NCBI RefSeq assembly: GCF_006345805.1
Contig: NC_043002.1
Coordinates: 114,886,001-114,950,000 of the forward strand
Length of the DNA stretch: 64,000 nt
Source: Octopus sinensis
Taxonomy: Eukaryota
Direction of reading: 5' to 3'
Shown: positions 52,320-64,000 of the stretch, one piece after another
Layout: each line of letters opens with the position of its first letter
Position numbering within the stretch: the stretch's first letter is position 1
The notes under the pieces: generated by a model
The model's input: only the letters and a program-made list of their open reading frames with translations
Told to the model about the DNA's origin: nothing
Databases searched by the model: none
Position numbers and translations under genes: made by a program

Positions 52320-52700
52320 TATACATATTGCATAGAGACACACACTTGTGGTAGGGTGGGTGCGTGTAATTTGTATATATAATCATTCATGATATGAAAT
52401 AGGCTGGTGGTGTACAATAGTTCAGTGTAAGATATTTAGAGAGTTGCGCTAGTGACTGCCATACGAGCACCAACAATTTGACCGGTTTCAAAACCTGATA
52501 GATCTTTCATTTTAATGAATTTTAATTATCTTTTTCGGATGATATCTGAAAACGAACAGCAATTTTAGTAAAACATATTAAGCAACAGTAATAATAAATC
52601 AAAACGACATAAAAATAAACAAGCTTTTGACGGTTTGATAGATATTTCAGAATTATGATGCTATGATGGTAGGTGTTTCCATTATTTTGCCTAACCCCTG

Positions 52701-52741
<41 letters not shown>

Positions 52742-52927
52742 GAGAGGCAGACCCCCTATTATTACTAGTAATAAGGTAAATGTCAGACGTATTCAAAAGT
52801 GAACAACGTATTTTCGTCTGACGATTGCTTCTGAATCCAATGTTGAGATATATTGTCCTTTTGTGTTCGGTTTTCTATATCATTGTGGGCTGGTGTATAT
52901 TTTCAGAAAGTATACTTATGTATAGGT

Positions 52928-53335
52928 GCAGGAGTGGCTGTGTGGTAAGTAGCTTGCTAACCAACCACATGGTGCCGGGTTCAGTCCCACTGCGCGGCAT
53001 CTTGGGCAAGTGTCTTCTACTATAGCCTCGGGCCGACCAATGCCGTGTGAGTGGATTTGGTAGACGGAAACTGAAAGAAGCCTGTCGTATATATGTATAT
53101 ATATATATGTGTGTGTGTGTGTGTTTGTGTGTCTGTGTTTATTCCCCTAGCATTGCTTGACAACCGATGCTGGTGTGTTTACGTCCCCGTCACTTAGCGG
53201 TTCGGCAAAAGAGACCGATAGAATGAGTACTGGGCTTACAAAGAATAAGTCCCGGGGTCGATTTGCTCGACTAAAGGCGGTGCTCCAGCATGGCCGCAGG
53301 CAAATGACTGAAACAAGTAAAAGAGTAAAAGAGTA
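52928..53335 (+). mobile_element. SINE family B, young full-length copy
   Basis: Near-identical to 20139-20585. Confidence 0.93.
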
Positions 53336-54692
53336 TGTATATATAAAAGTGTAGGAACATGTATTTGTGTATAAGCTAAATTATTACATATACACTTATA
53401 TACGTATATGAAGATTTCTGGAAATATAGACATTATGCCTGTGAGATAGTTATATGTCCACGAAAACAGGAAACCTAAACACTAACTCTTGTTTGCGCTC
53501 ATATAAACACCCAGACGAACTGATATACACATGCTTGCACAAAATCTTAAAAGCAATTGATTAATTTTATTTCCAACGCCTTTACGTTCTCTTTTTAACC
53601 TCCTCCTAGTGTATTCATAGATTTTTGTTGTTGCTCTGAATAACACTCTTTTAATATTTCTAATTTAATCATCGCATCCTCTGTCGTCTCTTAATTCTGA
53701 AATTAATTCAAATGATTTTATTTACGGTATTTAATCAATTATAGCGGCAAAGTCTTAGCCAGTCTTTTACATCCACAGCTCTCTAATCTGGTTAGTTTTT
53801 CTAATTTCTAGATGTACAGAACTGTATACCATACTGTCGGCATGTCTTTGAGTAGCTATTGTTGCTGGACAATATCTTCCCATTTCACATTTTAATGTTA
53901 CTTGTCCTTGTGTTTGGCGCCATATTTTTATTGTTAGCTGGTTCTTTGCAATCGTGTGAGTAGGGATAAACAAACAAAAGTCAAAGGAATGCAATCAATA
54001 ATGTGCTCGAGTGAGTAGGCAAACTTGATAACTATTGATATTACAATTCTATCGCTCTTGTTAGTATCAAGTAATCAAGGATATGATTAACTTTTGTGAC
54101 ATTGATTAGAAGCAGAACACTGGTGGTAGGGAAGGTATTTAAATGGAAGACTGATAAATACAAGATTGAGGAGGTTACATTTGGTATCAAACGCACAGGA
54201 AACAACGTCAGAAGAAAGAAGGCATATAACAAGGAAAATAGGGTAATTTGTCCAACAATTGAGGACAAAAACTGATAGAAATATTTTAAAAAATAACATG
54301 ACTTAATTAACTAAATCCTGGGATGGTTAAACTGAAATTGTGACATTGGGAGGTCTAAAACAATACAACAAATAAGCTAGAATTTCATGAAACAATTTTT
54401 TTATAGTTTATAGAATTTAAATATTTTGCAGCAGATGTGGCTACTGTCTTCACTAATTAGTTCTGCTTTGTTCAATATCAAGTGAATAAAACGGAGCAAA
54501 TTCATAACCTATGTGTAATACATCGAAAAAGTCACGTGTCACCAGTTTTGTACATTGTATTATTATCTAATGATACTCAGATATTTACTTGACCGAAATC
54601 AAATTTATCTTAAAATCTTATAGGAATTTGAGAGGCAGATAGATGGTGTATTTCATATTTTGAGGAAAAGGTTTTTCAGCTCCTTCAAAATA

Positions 54693-54876
54693 TTGGTTTC
54701 AAATTTTGGCGCAAGGCCAGTTAGCTTCGTGGCGGAGGGGGGGAGCTAAGTCGATTAAATCGACCCCAGTGCTCAACTGGTATTATCTTTTCGACTCCGA
54801 AAGGATGAAAGGCAAAGTGGAACCCGGCAGAATTTGAACTCAGAACGTAACGGCAGACGCAATGCCGCTAAGCATT
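54693..54876 (-). mobile_element. SINE family A
   Basis: GGTTTCAAATTTTGGCGCAAGGCC tail variant plus family core. Confidence 0.85.
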
Positions 54877-55407
54877 TAAAAACATTTACAGACTTGGTAT
54901 ACTCTATGCTGGGCAATCTTTATAACTTAGAAAAATTATAATTATTTCACATCAATAATTTCTCATTGAAAATAGTGAATTTTAAACAAAGTTGATTAGC
55001 TTCAGTGTCCTTTTCTTATTGTACAGCAAGATTGACAGGAAGAATGTAGAAATGCTACTCCATCGACTGACAATTTCACACTTGCTTGAAAAAGTAAAAA
55101 TGTTATACTTCCGGCCTGAAATTTCAGTTTTCAAAAATATGAATTCCAGTAATCGCCAGAAGAAATATTACAATCCTAATCATCGATGGTTGCAAAAGAC
55201 ACTTATTACTATAATGGTGTATAGTATAAAGCAATTACTTTTGTTGATATAACTATCATTATCATCATCATTATCATCACCACCATCATCATCAACATCA
55301 CCTTCATCGTCGTCGTCATTGTCATCATCATCGTCATCATTATCAGTAATTAACTTTAAGTGATAAATACATTTATTAGAAAATTAAGCTAGTGAAATAA
55401 TTTCATC

Positions 55408-55617
<210 letters not shown>

Positions 55618-57092
55618 GATAATGGCATAAATTCAGTTGGTGCCGCTTACCATATTCATGACATTTAACTCAATGCTGATGTTGACATGGCTGTAGGAAT
55701 AATTATGTTGATAATTTAAGAAATTCTAGTTCCAGTTTGTACGAGTATAGATTATTGCTTAGCCACACAGACTCGTGAATGTCATCTCTGTATATATTTC
55801 TGTTGGTTCTAAGGCAGTTAGACAGCGTAGTATTTGCTCAAGCAAGAGACCAGACAAAGAAAATCATTGTAGATTGACCAGTGAATGAGTTGATCTGGAA
55901 TCATTCTGAAATGAGAAATTGAATTATCAGAAAACTGCATTGTTCTAATGTCGCTCTGTATTGAACTGGGGCTCAGACGTGACATTAAGAATAGTTGAGA
56001 ACTTATTTCAGCCTTACTGCATGTTCACAATAATACAAGTTGGAAACACACTTGAAAGTTTTGTGAGAAAACGGCGAGAGGAAAACAATATCAGCATATA
56101 CTTGGAACTAAATTATGAATTCATAGCACAATTTTACTTGGTTGACATCGAATAAAAAGCGGATAAGCATGCATGCTTAAAGTGGCTTTCTCAGAACTTT
56201 AGTATATATAGTTCTCTTTTCTATATCTTTGCTCTTATTTTTACAAAAGCATTTAACTACTGTTTTCACCACTAACACTAATATTATTATAATGACCGAG
56301 AGATGAAATGCGAAATAATATTTAATCTCAGAGAACTTCAATGTTATGAGTCGATTAAACAGCCGTTTGTAATTAGTCCTTGGCGCTGTTTACATTCGTG
56401 ACGAAGGCTATCTTGATCGGGTCTCACAATTGTAAGCAGCAGCACTTTAAACTCGTAAACGATTATATATTTGTAGCGTCTGTATCAATTACTCTTGCAG
56501 ATAAGTTAATTTCGATATAACAATGTGAAATTTACCGCTCACTTAATGCTACCTAATCTGGGAATAATCTCTAATCTAATGGATAGGAAGTAGTGGACGT
56601 TTAATTTCTTCCAGACTTCGATTTCACATCCTGTACTGTTTGACTATACTTTAATCATCCATGGTTGATAAAATGACCACTGTCGTATACTGTGTATTAA
56701 TAAGTCTATGATATCAATACGCAAATACAAAAGAACTAGAAATTAACATCCGAGGAAATGAATGTGTAGGTAGGTTTTAATTCGTAGTTATAGACTTCTT
56801 TTCACTTCATTTATCTAACCAATCCTTTTGAAAACATTATCATTACTTAATCATATATCTCCTTACTATCAGAGAGCGTGCATATGCTTGTCTCAGGAAT
56901 CTATTTTAGCAAGCTACTGTTACCATTATCACTACAATCAACGCCTATTACACCTCTGGTGCAGTTAATCCCAAAATAAAAAAAAATCATTTATAAAAAT
57001 ATGATTACTAATATTAGTATATCAGTGAACATATAAATCCCCACGGTTGTTTACGTTAACATTTCCGCAAATATGTATATATGTGTGTATAT

Positions 57093-57134
<42 letters not shown>

Positions 57135-57141
<7 letters not shown>

Positions 57142-58685
57142 AATGAAAGACGGAAAATGGAATATACGAGAATTTATTAATTGTTTCGACACATCTAGTA
57201 TCGATCCCTCATGGGTGGGACATTCAAAAACTAATCCAGGGGCATCCAGCGATGCAGAGGTATCTCGTTGGGTGATAAAAAGATACAACGTGTTAAAATG
57301 ATAGTTCCGCAATGTAAATTCTTGTTTTGGAGAAAGAAAACCAACTAGACGGACGGAAGAAATAACTTCATTTATATAGAAGATCAAAAATAACATCACA
57401 GATGGGGGGAAAAAAAGAAAAACGAGCACACAATACAGCGAGAAAAGTATTAAAAATAACCGTGAACAAAAATGGAAGTATAAACGCCTTCGGGCAAGCT
57501 GCATGGTGCGAGTCCACTCGCTCATACAAGTATCCGTGAAAATGTGAGCATACGCACACGTGAGGTTTGGTGCACTCATGATCACAAAGCGAGTTTGCTA
57601 TTTACTCAGTGTTTGCAAGAATGGGGCGGGATTTAAAATTAAACTTAAGTCATCCATACCTTGAAGTAAATTAAATCATGTTAACGGTTACTCAAAAATT
57701 CTTCCCACTGCATTCTGCGAACGTTCATTTATACGGGTGTAGGCATCTTGGGGGTCTTTCAGAAATTCTATTAAGGATCTTCTCGTTAGTCCACAGAATA
57801 GACAGGGATTCCTCGAAGCAGAGATGGCATCTCCTGGAAATTATATTGTACGATTTCGCATGCCTTACTATGGACCAAGTTATGCTATACTTCATCTTAT
57901 TCCCCTTCAGTCGCCATACAAAATCGGCCAAAGATGCTGAATGTCTGTTATTGATTGTCTTAAAGATAGCGACATGGTTACGATAATGATTCTTAAATGA
58001 ATCAGCCGTCTACCCAATGTAAACATACGGCCCTCCTCTTGTATGCTCGGTACATTTAGATAAAAAAGTTATTCTCATACAGAGATTCATCAAAGGACAT
58101 TTTGATTTGTCTTTGCATGGGCATTTATCGTATTTATTTGTATACGACGCAGTCCCGACTCCATTTACCGACGTTGTTACCGTGTTAGCTCTATCATAAC
58201 TATTTCTACTAATACAATGTGGTGGTAATTGGTATTTATATCATTGCAGCTTACATCACCTGCATATGTTCGCAAGATCCAGGAGGTGGGTTATTGCACT
58301 ATTACTGCATTTTGCTACTGTTTATGCGATGCATAAGCTAGTCTAAATTAGCAGACCTGGCGTAGGATACCTTCACAGAGTATAGCTTGATAACGATTAG
58401 ATTTAGGAAAACATTCGTCTAAAGCAGCAAAAAATTTTCCAGCGATCTTGGTTGAAAAATGCGAACCGAAAATCGAGATGAACCAAAGGACATCTTGGTT
58501 CTTATATCCGTCGTTAGGCTTATTTGATCGAGTTTGCTGTACAGGGTTGGGACAAGGAGTTGGATTATTATGACGCGTGTGTCTATGAGTTTTCCTTGGT
58601 AGTTCATTGACATGAATAGTGTCGAAACAATTGTCGTAATTAATAAATTCTCGTATATTCCATCTTCCGTCTTTTATTTGCCATA
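57135..58685 (-). mobile_element. 5'-truncated Penelope-like element with an inverted copy of its 3' end at the 5' junction
   Basis: GIY-YIG ORF remnant plus 3'UTR; 57135-57192 and 58619-58685 are inverted copies of each other. Confidence 0.85.
57725..58500 (-). pseudogene. Penelope RT C-terminus / GIY-YIG endonuclease remnant
   Basis: QDVLWF...IAGKFFAALDECFP...SVKVSY...CPCKDKSKCPL...YIG*TADSFKNHYRNH...SLADFVWRLK...YSITWSI...CHLCFEE...LNRISE...CLH matches the Penelope consensus (IIWFNPP, VKVSYSC, CxCxxxxxCPL, YIGxT..FK.R..NH, LS..IW.LK, CxLCxxE, LNxRSE, CRH). Confidence 0.9.
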
Positions 58686-58718
58686 TACATAACGATCACT
58701 GTAAAAGTGACCGTTCTT

Positions 58719-58763
<45 letters not shown>

Positions 58764-58924
58764 TATGAGGGGTTCAGTTTACTTGTGATCAAAGTCAATA
58801 AGTACGCTGGATAAGAGCCATAATCGGTCGACCATTAGGTTCTAAGACCACAGCGAAAGACTGGATCTAGGGATCCGTGTTAGGGTTCCGTTATAGCATT
58901 TGTACGTTAGAGGAAAATTAAAAT

Positions 58925-59455
58925 CAAGGTAGAACGAGTATCTCAAGCCATTTAGAATAATTCAATTAGGGTTCTGGGATAACCCAGGTGGTTGCTTAGC
59001 ATTTGTGTGCACAGAGTATTCCATCATCAGAGACAAGGTATGAATATTTTAGACGAGGAAAAGTTACAGTTTACAAGGAATAAAATTCACAGTTTATAAG
59101 GAATAAAATAGAAGAATAAAGGGTAAAAGTAGTTAGAAGAATATAGGCAGGAGAATAATGTTCACAACACATCTTTTTCCATGAAAGTATACTATATTCT
59201 TCTAACTACTTTTAGTCTTTATTCTTCTATTTTACCTCTTTATTCTTCTATTTTATTCATTATAAACTGTGAATTTCATTCTTTGTAAATTTTCCCTGTC
59301 TAAAATATTCGTACCCTTTCTCTGATGACGGTATACTCTGTGCATAGACATGCTAACCAACAACTTGGGTTATCCCAGAAACAGCTGTAAGACTTCAAAA
59401 TCACCTTAGCCTAATTAAATTATTCTAAATGACTTGAGACACTCGTTCTACCTTG
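58925..59455. mobile_element. Fold-back pair of Penelope-type pseudo-LTRs (second family)
   Basis: 58925-59146 is the reverse complement of 59192-59455 (45-nt spacer); each arm carries a CTGATGA core. Confidence 0.8.
59318..59393 (+). ncRNA. Minimal type-I hammerhead ribozyme motif
   Basis: TCT-CTGATGA(59322-28)-CGGTATA...TATCCCA-GAAA(59378-81)-C-AGCT-GTA-AGA: complete core, stem II, palindromic ACAGCTGT stem III, GUA triplet, 3-bp stem I. Confidence 0.75.
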
Positions 59456-62369
59456 GTTTTGATTTTTCTTCTAATATAATTATAATAACAATAATATATA
59501 TATAAATATATATATTTATATATTTATATATATATATATATATCATTATAAAGCAATTAAATTGTTTTAATTCCAAAAGCGTTATCCATGCTATCCGTCG
59601 TGTCAATGTTACAAAATTGAACAAACCGAATAAATGATTTAATTTTACATCACTTAACACAAATTTCATGCTGCTAGATGTTTCTGTTAACTTTCCCGAC
59701 AAAAAAGTTCTGATTGATTGACTCGGCTTCTTTTACTTTCATATCTCAAAATTAGCAACTCTTGTTCAATTCGCTCGGGCAGTGTAAGCAATATTTAGTT
59801 TAATGCATTGACTATCTATACATTAACAGAATTACATTATTTTTATGAGAGGTCTCGTAATAGTTCAATTTATAGATCCTAAATGAAACTAACGATTCGT
59901 TCTTTCATTATCTCGAGTGAATCGACGAACGTTGCTATTCTCTGCATCGGAGAGGAAGGACATTAATCGAAATTTTGAGGTTGATCAAATATTGTAAGAA
60001 TACATTGATACACTAGGGATTGGAATCGCCGGTGATTGCAACTAATAATATACGGTTACCACCGATTACTTTTATTGCTTTCATATGTCATTTCCAATGA
60101 CATTTTTAAAAAGAATTATAGTAGTTTTACTGTTGATATTAGATTTTTCATTAGCAATTATTCTACAAGAAAATAGCGTGTAGTCTTAATATCATCAGAT
60201 TCTAACCTAATTCTTCTGTAGCAAGAACTCTACTATCAAGCATTTGAATAAACATCTTCGTTATGCAAATCACAAAATCAAAGTGCAATAAAGAATCAAG
60301 GCTAGAACAACTTTAGTTGGTTGATACAAGTAGAAGAATAAGAGAAGAGCTCATTAGAAAATCCGATTTTAATTCCTTCAGATTCTATTCACCACCATCA
60401 CCCTGTTTTATTGTAGCGATTATAGGAATTATAGTAAGAAGTCATGAAGGAGGTACAAGTTTCCCCTTTCATAAATCACAGAAGAAACTAATATAACTTC
60501 TCAATGAAGCGGGTGCTGTATTGATAAACTGCATGTAAACTAAATCTATGACCGTGTTTCGATTCCCAATAATAGCCTTGTATTCTTGCTTAACTTCCTA
60601 CTGAGAGATACATAGAACATCACAACCGCATTCATTTTCTATAAATAAGAATTGTTTCGTTTATGTAAGAAATCAATATTATTCTGCAATATAGACTAAT
60701 AACTAATTTTAGGACATCACGAAACATTCCTAACCTTCCTCTTATCCAATGATTTCGATGAAATATTCAGATTCGTGTAAATTTTAATACATATTGAATT
60801 AAAACTTGTGAGTTAATCTATACGACAGCTTCTGAGGAAATTAACGACAGAATTCTCGAATTATAATCACCTTGATATTTCTTCAATGTCTTCATTTATT
60901 TTATGTAAACGAAGCTTCTATTTCGTAGATTATATTTGTTCATTTTCTCTATGTGGTAAACGAAATCAGTTGTTCTTGACAATTTTACACGGAGGTGTTG
61001 CACTTTCCCTCTTATTCAACATTTACATTTTATGAGAAGGTGGCAGCAACAACTTTAATTAGCGACAAAAACATACATTATTAACTTCCTTGACAATGTT
61101 AATATTAATCAGCATGACAATGCATTTGTTATATTTCCACATGGCGTCTTTAGAAAGTTGATGAATTCAGAAAAAAATTATATTTTGCACATTCTCAGTG
61201 AAAGAAGGATAATTTCGACAGCTTCAGTTAAATCACGCGCATAATTATTCAGTTCTCACAGAATAATTATTAATTCCGATTTTCGAAATCATTACAGATT
61301 CCATCACTTCTCGATGAGAAACTCCCAAATCATATAATTAATTATTGAAGTATAAGTTTGGTACATACAGTAACTACAACTCTATATCTCTTATAATGCA
61401 CACGTGAAATGCTAAACTTTCGCAAAAAAAATTAGATACAAATGAGATATTTAAATATAAACTATATAATATGAAAAAGAAATAGTTAAAATAGTAGAAA
61501 ATGAAATAGCATTCTATTAGATCATAACGCAGTATATGCACAAAAAAAAACTTATAAAAAGCGTAAAACAAAAAGTGAATAATCTGAAATCATTAGAAAG
61601 AAAAAAAAAAGAACGAAATAGTAAATGTTACAATGAAGAGAAAAATTGTGTAAGATCTTGTTCTGAATGAGAATTGTCTCAAAGATATCGGGAAATTGCC
61701 ACTTCAATGTTAGTATAAACTTTTTAAGAAAACTATTGTTAACTGGAAATAAAGTTTTCTTAAAAATCTCTTGTCAGTTTTGCTGTCATCCAACCGGATG
61801 TCACTGTTGATGCGTGCCATTACTTTTGTTATCAACAACTTGGTTGAAAGAAAATGACTCAGGGGAGCATTCCGTACAATCAATAGAAATATGTTAGGGT
61901 CTTCCATATGTAAATATAGTGGGTTGAAAAATGTCGATTAACCGAGATTATCTAAGTAATTATTGAACAAAAACTCTCTGGAGATGTTCAAAATCTAAGA
62001 CAAGGAAATAAGTTCTGTAAGATCAGTTTATCGACATTTTGGGGGCAGTATAAACAATACAGATTTGAATAGATCAGGTTTTTAACTATTTGAAACAGCG
62101 AGAGCCCTTTAGTAGTCGAGATTTCGTTTGACTATATTCCACGGAAGGGACAAAGTCGTTTGACATCATGGTTTTCTACTTATGAAAACGACGATATTTC
62201 TGTCTTATAGCAACGATAAACACAGAATATGTGACCGTCCACTTTTGCGTCTTCCAGGAGCATACCCAGATGAAAATGCGCCCACTGAAGGATATTCGTG
62301 AGTTTAAAGAAGACAGAAGTGTTTCGATACCATAAGCCCTTTTCAATAAAGCATATTTTGCTCATTTAG

Positions 62370-62435
<66 letters not shown>

Positions 62436-63813
62436 ATATATGTCTATATATGTGTGTGTGTGCGCGCGCGCGCGCGTAATGTGAGTGTATTTGTCTATGT
62501 ACAAAAATTTAGTGGTGCTGATTATGAATATCAACAATAGGATATGTAATACTGTAAGCTGAGATATTTTTATAATCCGAGAATACAATAGCAATTAGGA
62601 GACAAAACTCCCCCTAGAAGGTGTCTAAAATCTAAAGCTAGTCGACATTTTGTAACCTGTGTATGACTCCATTCGTTTTGTAATGAGAATGAATTACAGA
62701 GAAAGCGACATTGTCAAAAGAAATATTTTGGAATTATGTCGTCTTAAAATATAAACATAATGATTATCACATTGAAATGCGACATTCAGAGTAGCTTCCT
62801 TTGTCTTTCTCTCAGACAACATTAAACCAAAATATTCTGTCGGAAATGACTAGACATAAAAGTAGCAAGCAGTAAGTGGCTTCATTGTTATGTAATAGTA
62901 TGAAATATAGGAAAGGAATAATGATTTTAATGTGTCACAGTAAATGAGAATGACTGATCGTATATGATGGTGTATACAGAAATAGGCGACGCGGTATTTA
63001 GATGAAACTGTGGAGGACCGTCGTTTCTTTCTGTATCACTTAAACTTGATAATGCAGACTGAGTGATAGCAGTACGGAGAGCAAACTGCTGAACTAAGAT
63101 GAAAAGAGGTGCGGAAAGAATGTAAGAGAAGTGCTAAAAATAATGGATTATCTGTATCAATAAGAGTCTCAAAGGAAAAAAATCGTTTATGGATTGTTGA
63201 CTCAGCAAAATTAGCAACCGCTCTGATTCATCATAAGACACATAATGACGATATGATAACGAAGTTTCAACAAATAAAACAAAACAAAAAAAATCAATAA
63301 AAAAGAAAAGAAAATTCTTTTATATAAAAAAAGAAAAACCCAGAATAGCTGCAGCTATTGTGGTTGGAAATTTTATAGTGTTGTAGTTTTTTTATGAGGG
63401 TAAAATAACATTTTTCAGCGGGGTGGGAACGACCCAAATCGATATAGAAATGAGTTAATTAACTTACATTGATGTATTGATAGCAGTCGCCTTTAATTAA
63501 TAGCACAACAAGAAGCAACTATATTGATATCAATAGCTTCTTCAAATGTTATATAATTGATCTGAAACGATATAAAAACGTTTGATTCTCTGAAAAAGCG
63601 TCATATGAAAAATCTGTACTGAGTGGCGGATTCTTCTCTCTGGGCGTTATTCACGCATAAAGTATATTGACTCATCATGACAAAAAGTGCTGTTATAAAA
63701 AGATAACAAGAGAAATACAAGAGTGCAAACATTATAAGGAGGCAGTAAAGATGTAAAGGTATGTTGAAGCTGACAACTGAATTGATACATCTTGACGAGG
63801 CAAGCGACAATTA

Positions 63814-64000
63814 TATAAGATGGTATCAAAATGTTCCCGGACTAGTTCTGTAGCGCGCCAACAGATGGCGGTACACGATAGTGTGTGCAGTGAGAGCTAG
63901 CAGTGACTCATGAGGCAGTATACCGAGTGGTATCGCTATGTTTATTTCGGAAGTTGTGAAATTTGTGTTTTTGTGATCACGTGTCTGATGTAGGTTGCGA
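63814..64000 (+). mobile_element. End of a Tc1/mariner-type element running out of the window
   Basis: TA followed by TAAGATGGTATCAAAATGTTCCCGGACTAG...CAACAGATGGCG, resembling mariner TIRs (TACGAGGG..TCAAAAAGTT.CCGG) and their CAGATGGC motif. The other end is not visible. Confidence 0.55.

Overview
AT-rich, microsatellite-saturated eukaryotic DNA. The repeat complement (three tRNA-derived SINE families, RTE and R4/Dong LINEs, Penelope, Helitrons, MITEs) points to a coleoid cephalopod, most likely Octopus; this is an inference from repeat families, with no database search. No intact protein-coding gene is recognisable, and nearly all ORFs in the track are read-throughs of microsatellites or antisense frames of LINE remnants. 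Real coding remnants are all decayed: four R4/Dong-clade RT/restriction-like-endonuclease (RLE) fragments sitting in (AAT)n arrays (16.5-19.9 kb and 45.0-46.3 kb), two RTE fragments, a HERO/NeSL-type RLE fragment and a Penelope GIY-YIG fragment. The most notable points are: (i) Penelope-type minimal hammerhead ribozyme motifs, including a ~530-bp fold-back with one intact and one catalytically deleted copy, with all minus-strand motifs in the window broken; (ii) clustering of Dong LINEs, an orphan 555-bp element and SINE tails on shared (AAT)n arrays; (iii) nested Helitrons and several long hairpins; (iv) a weak candidate for two in-phase terminal exons on the minus strand (24927-25000 and from 23163). 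Coordinates were read by hand and element edges are approximate unless a TSD or TIR is quoted.
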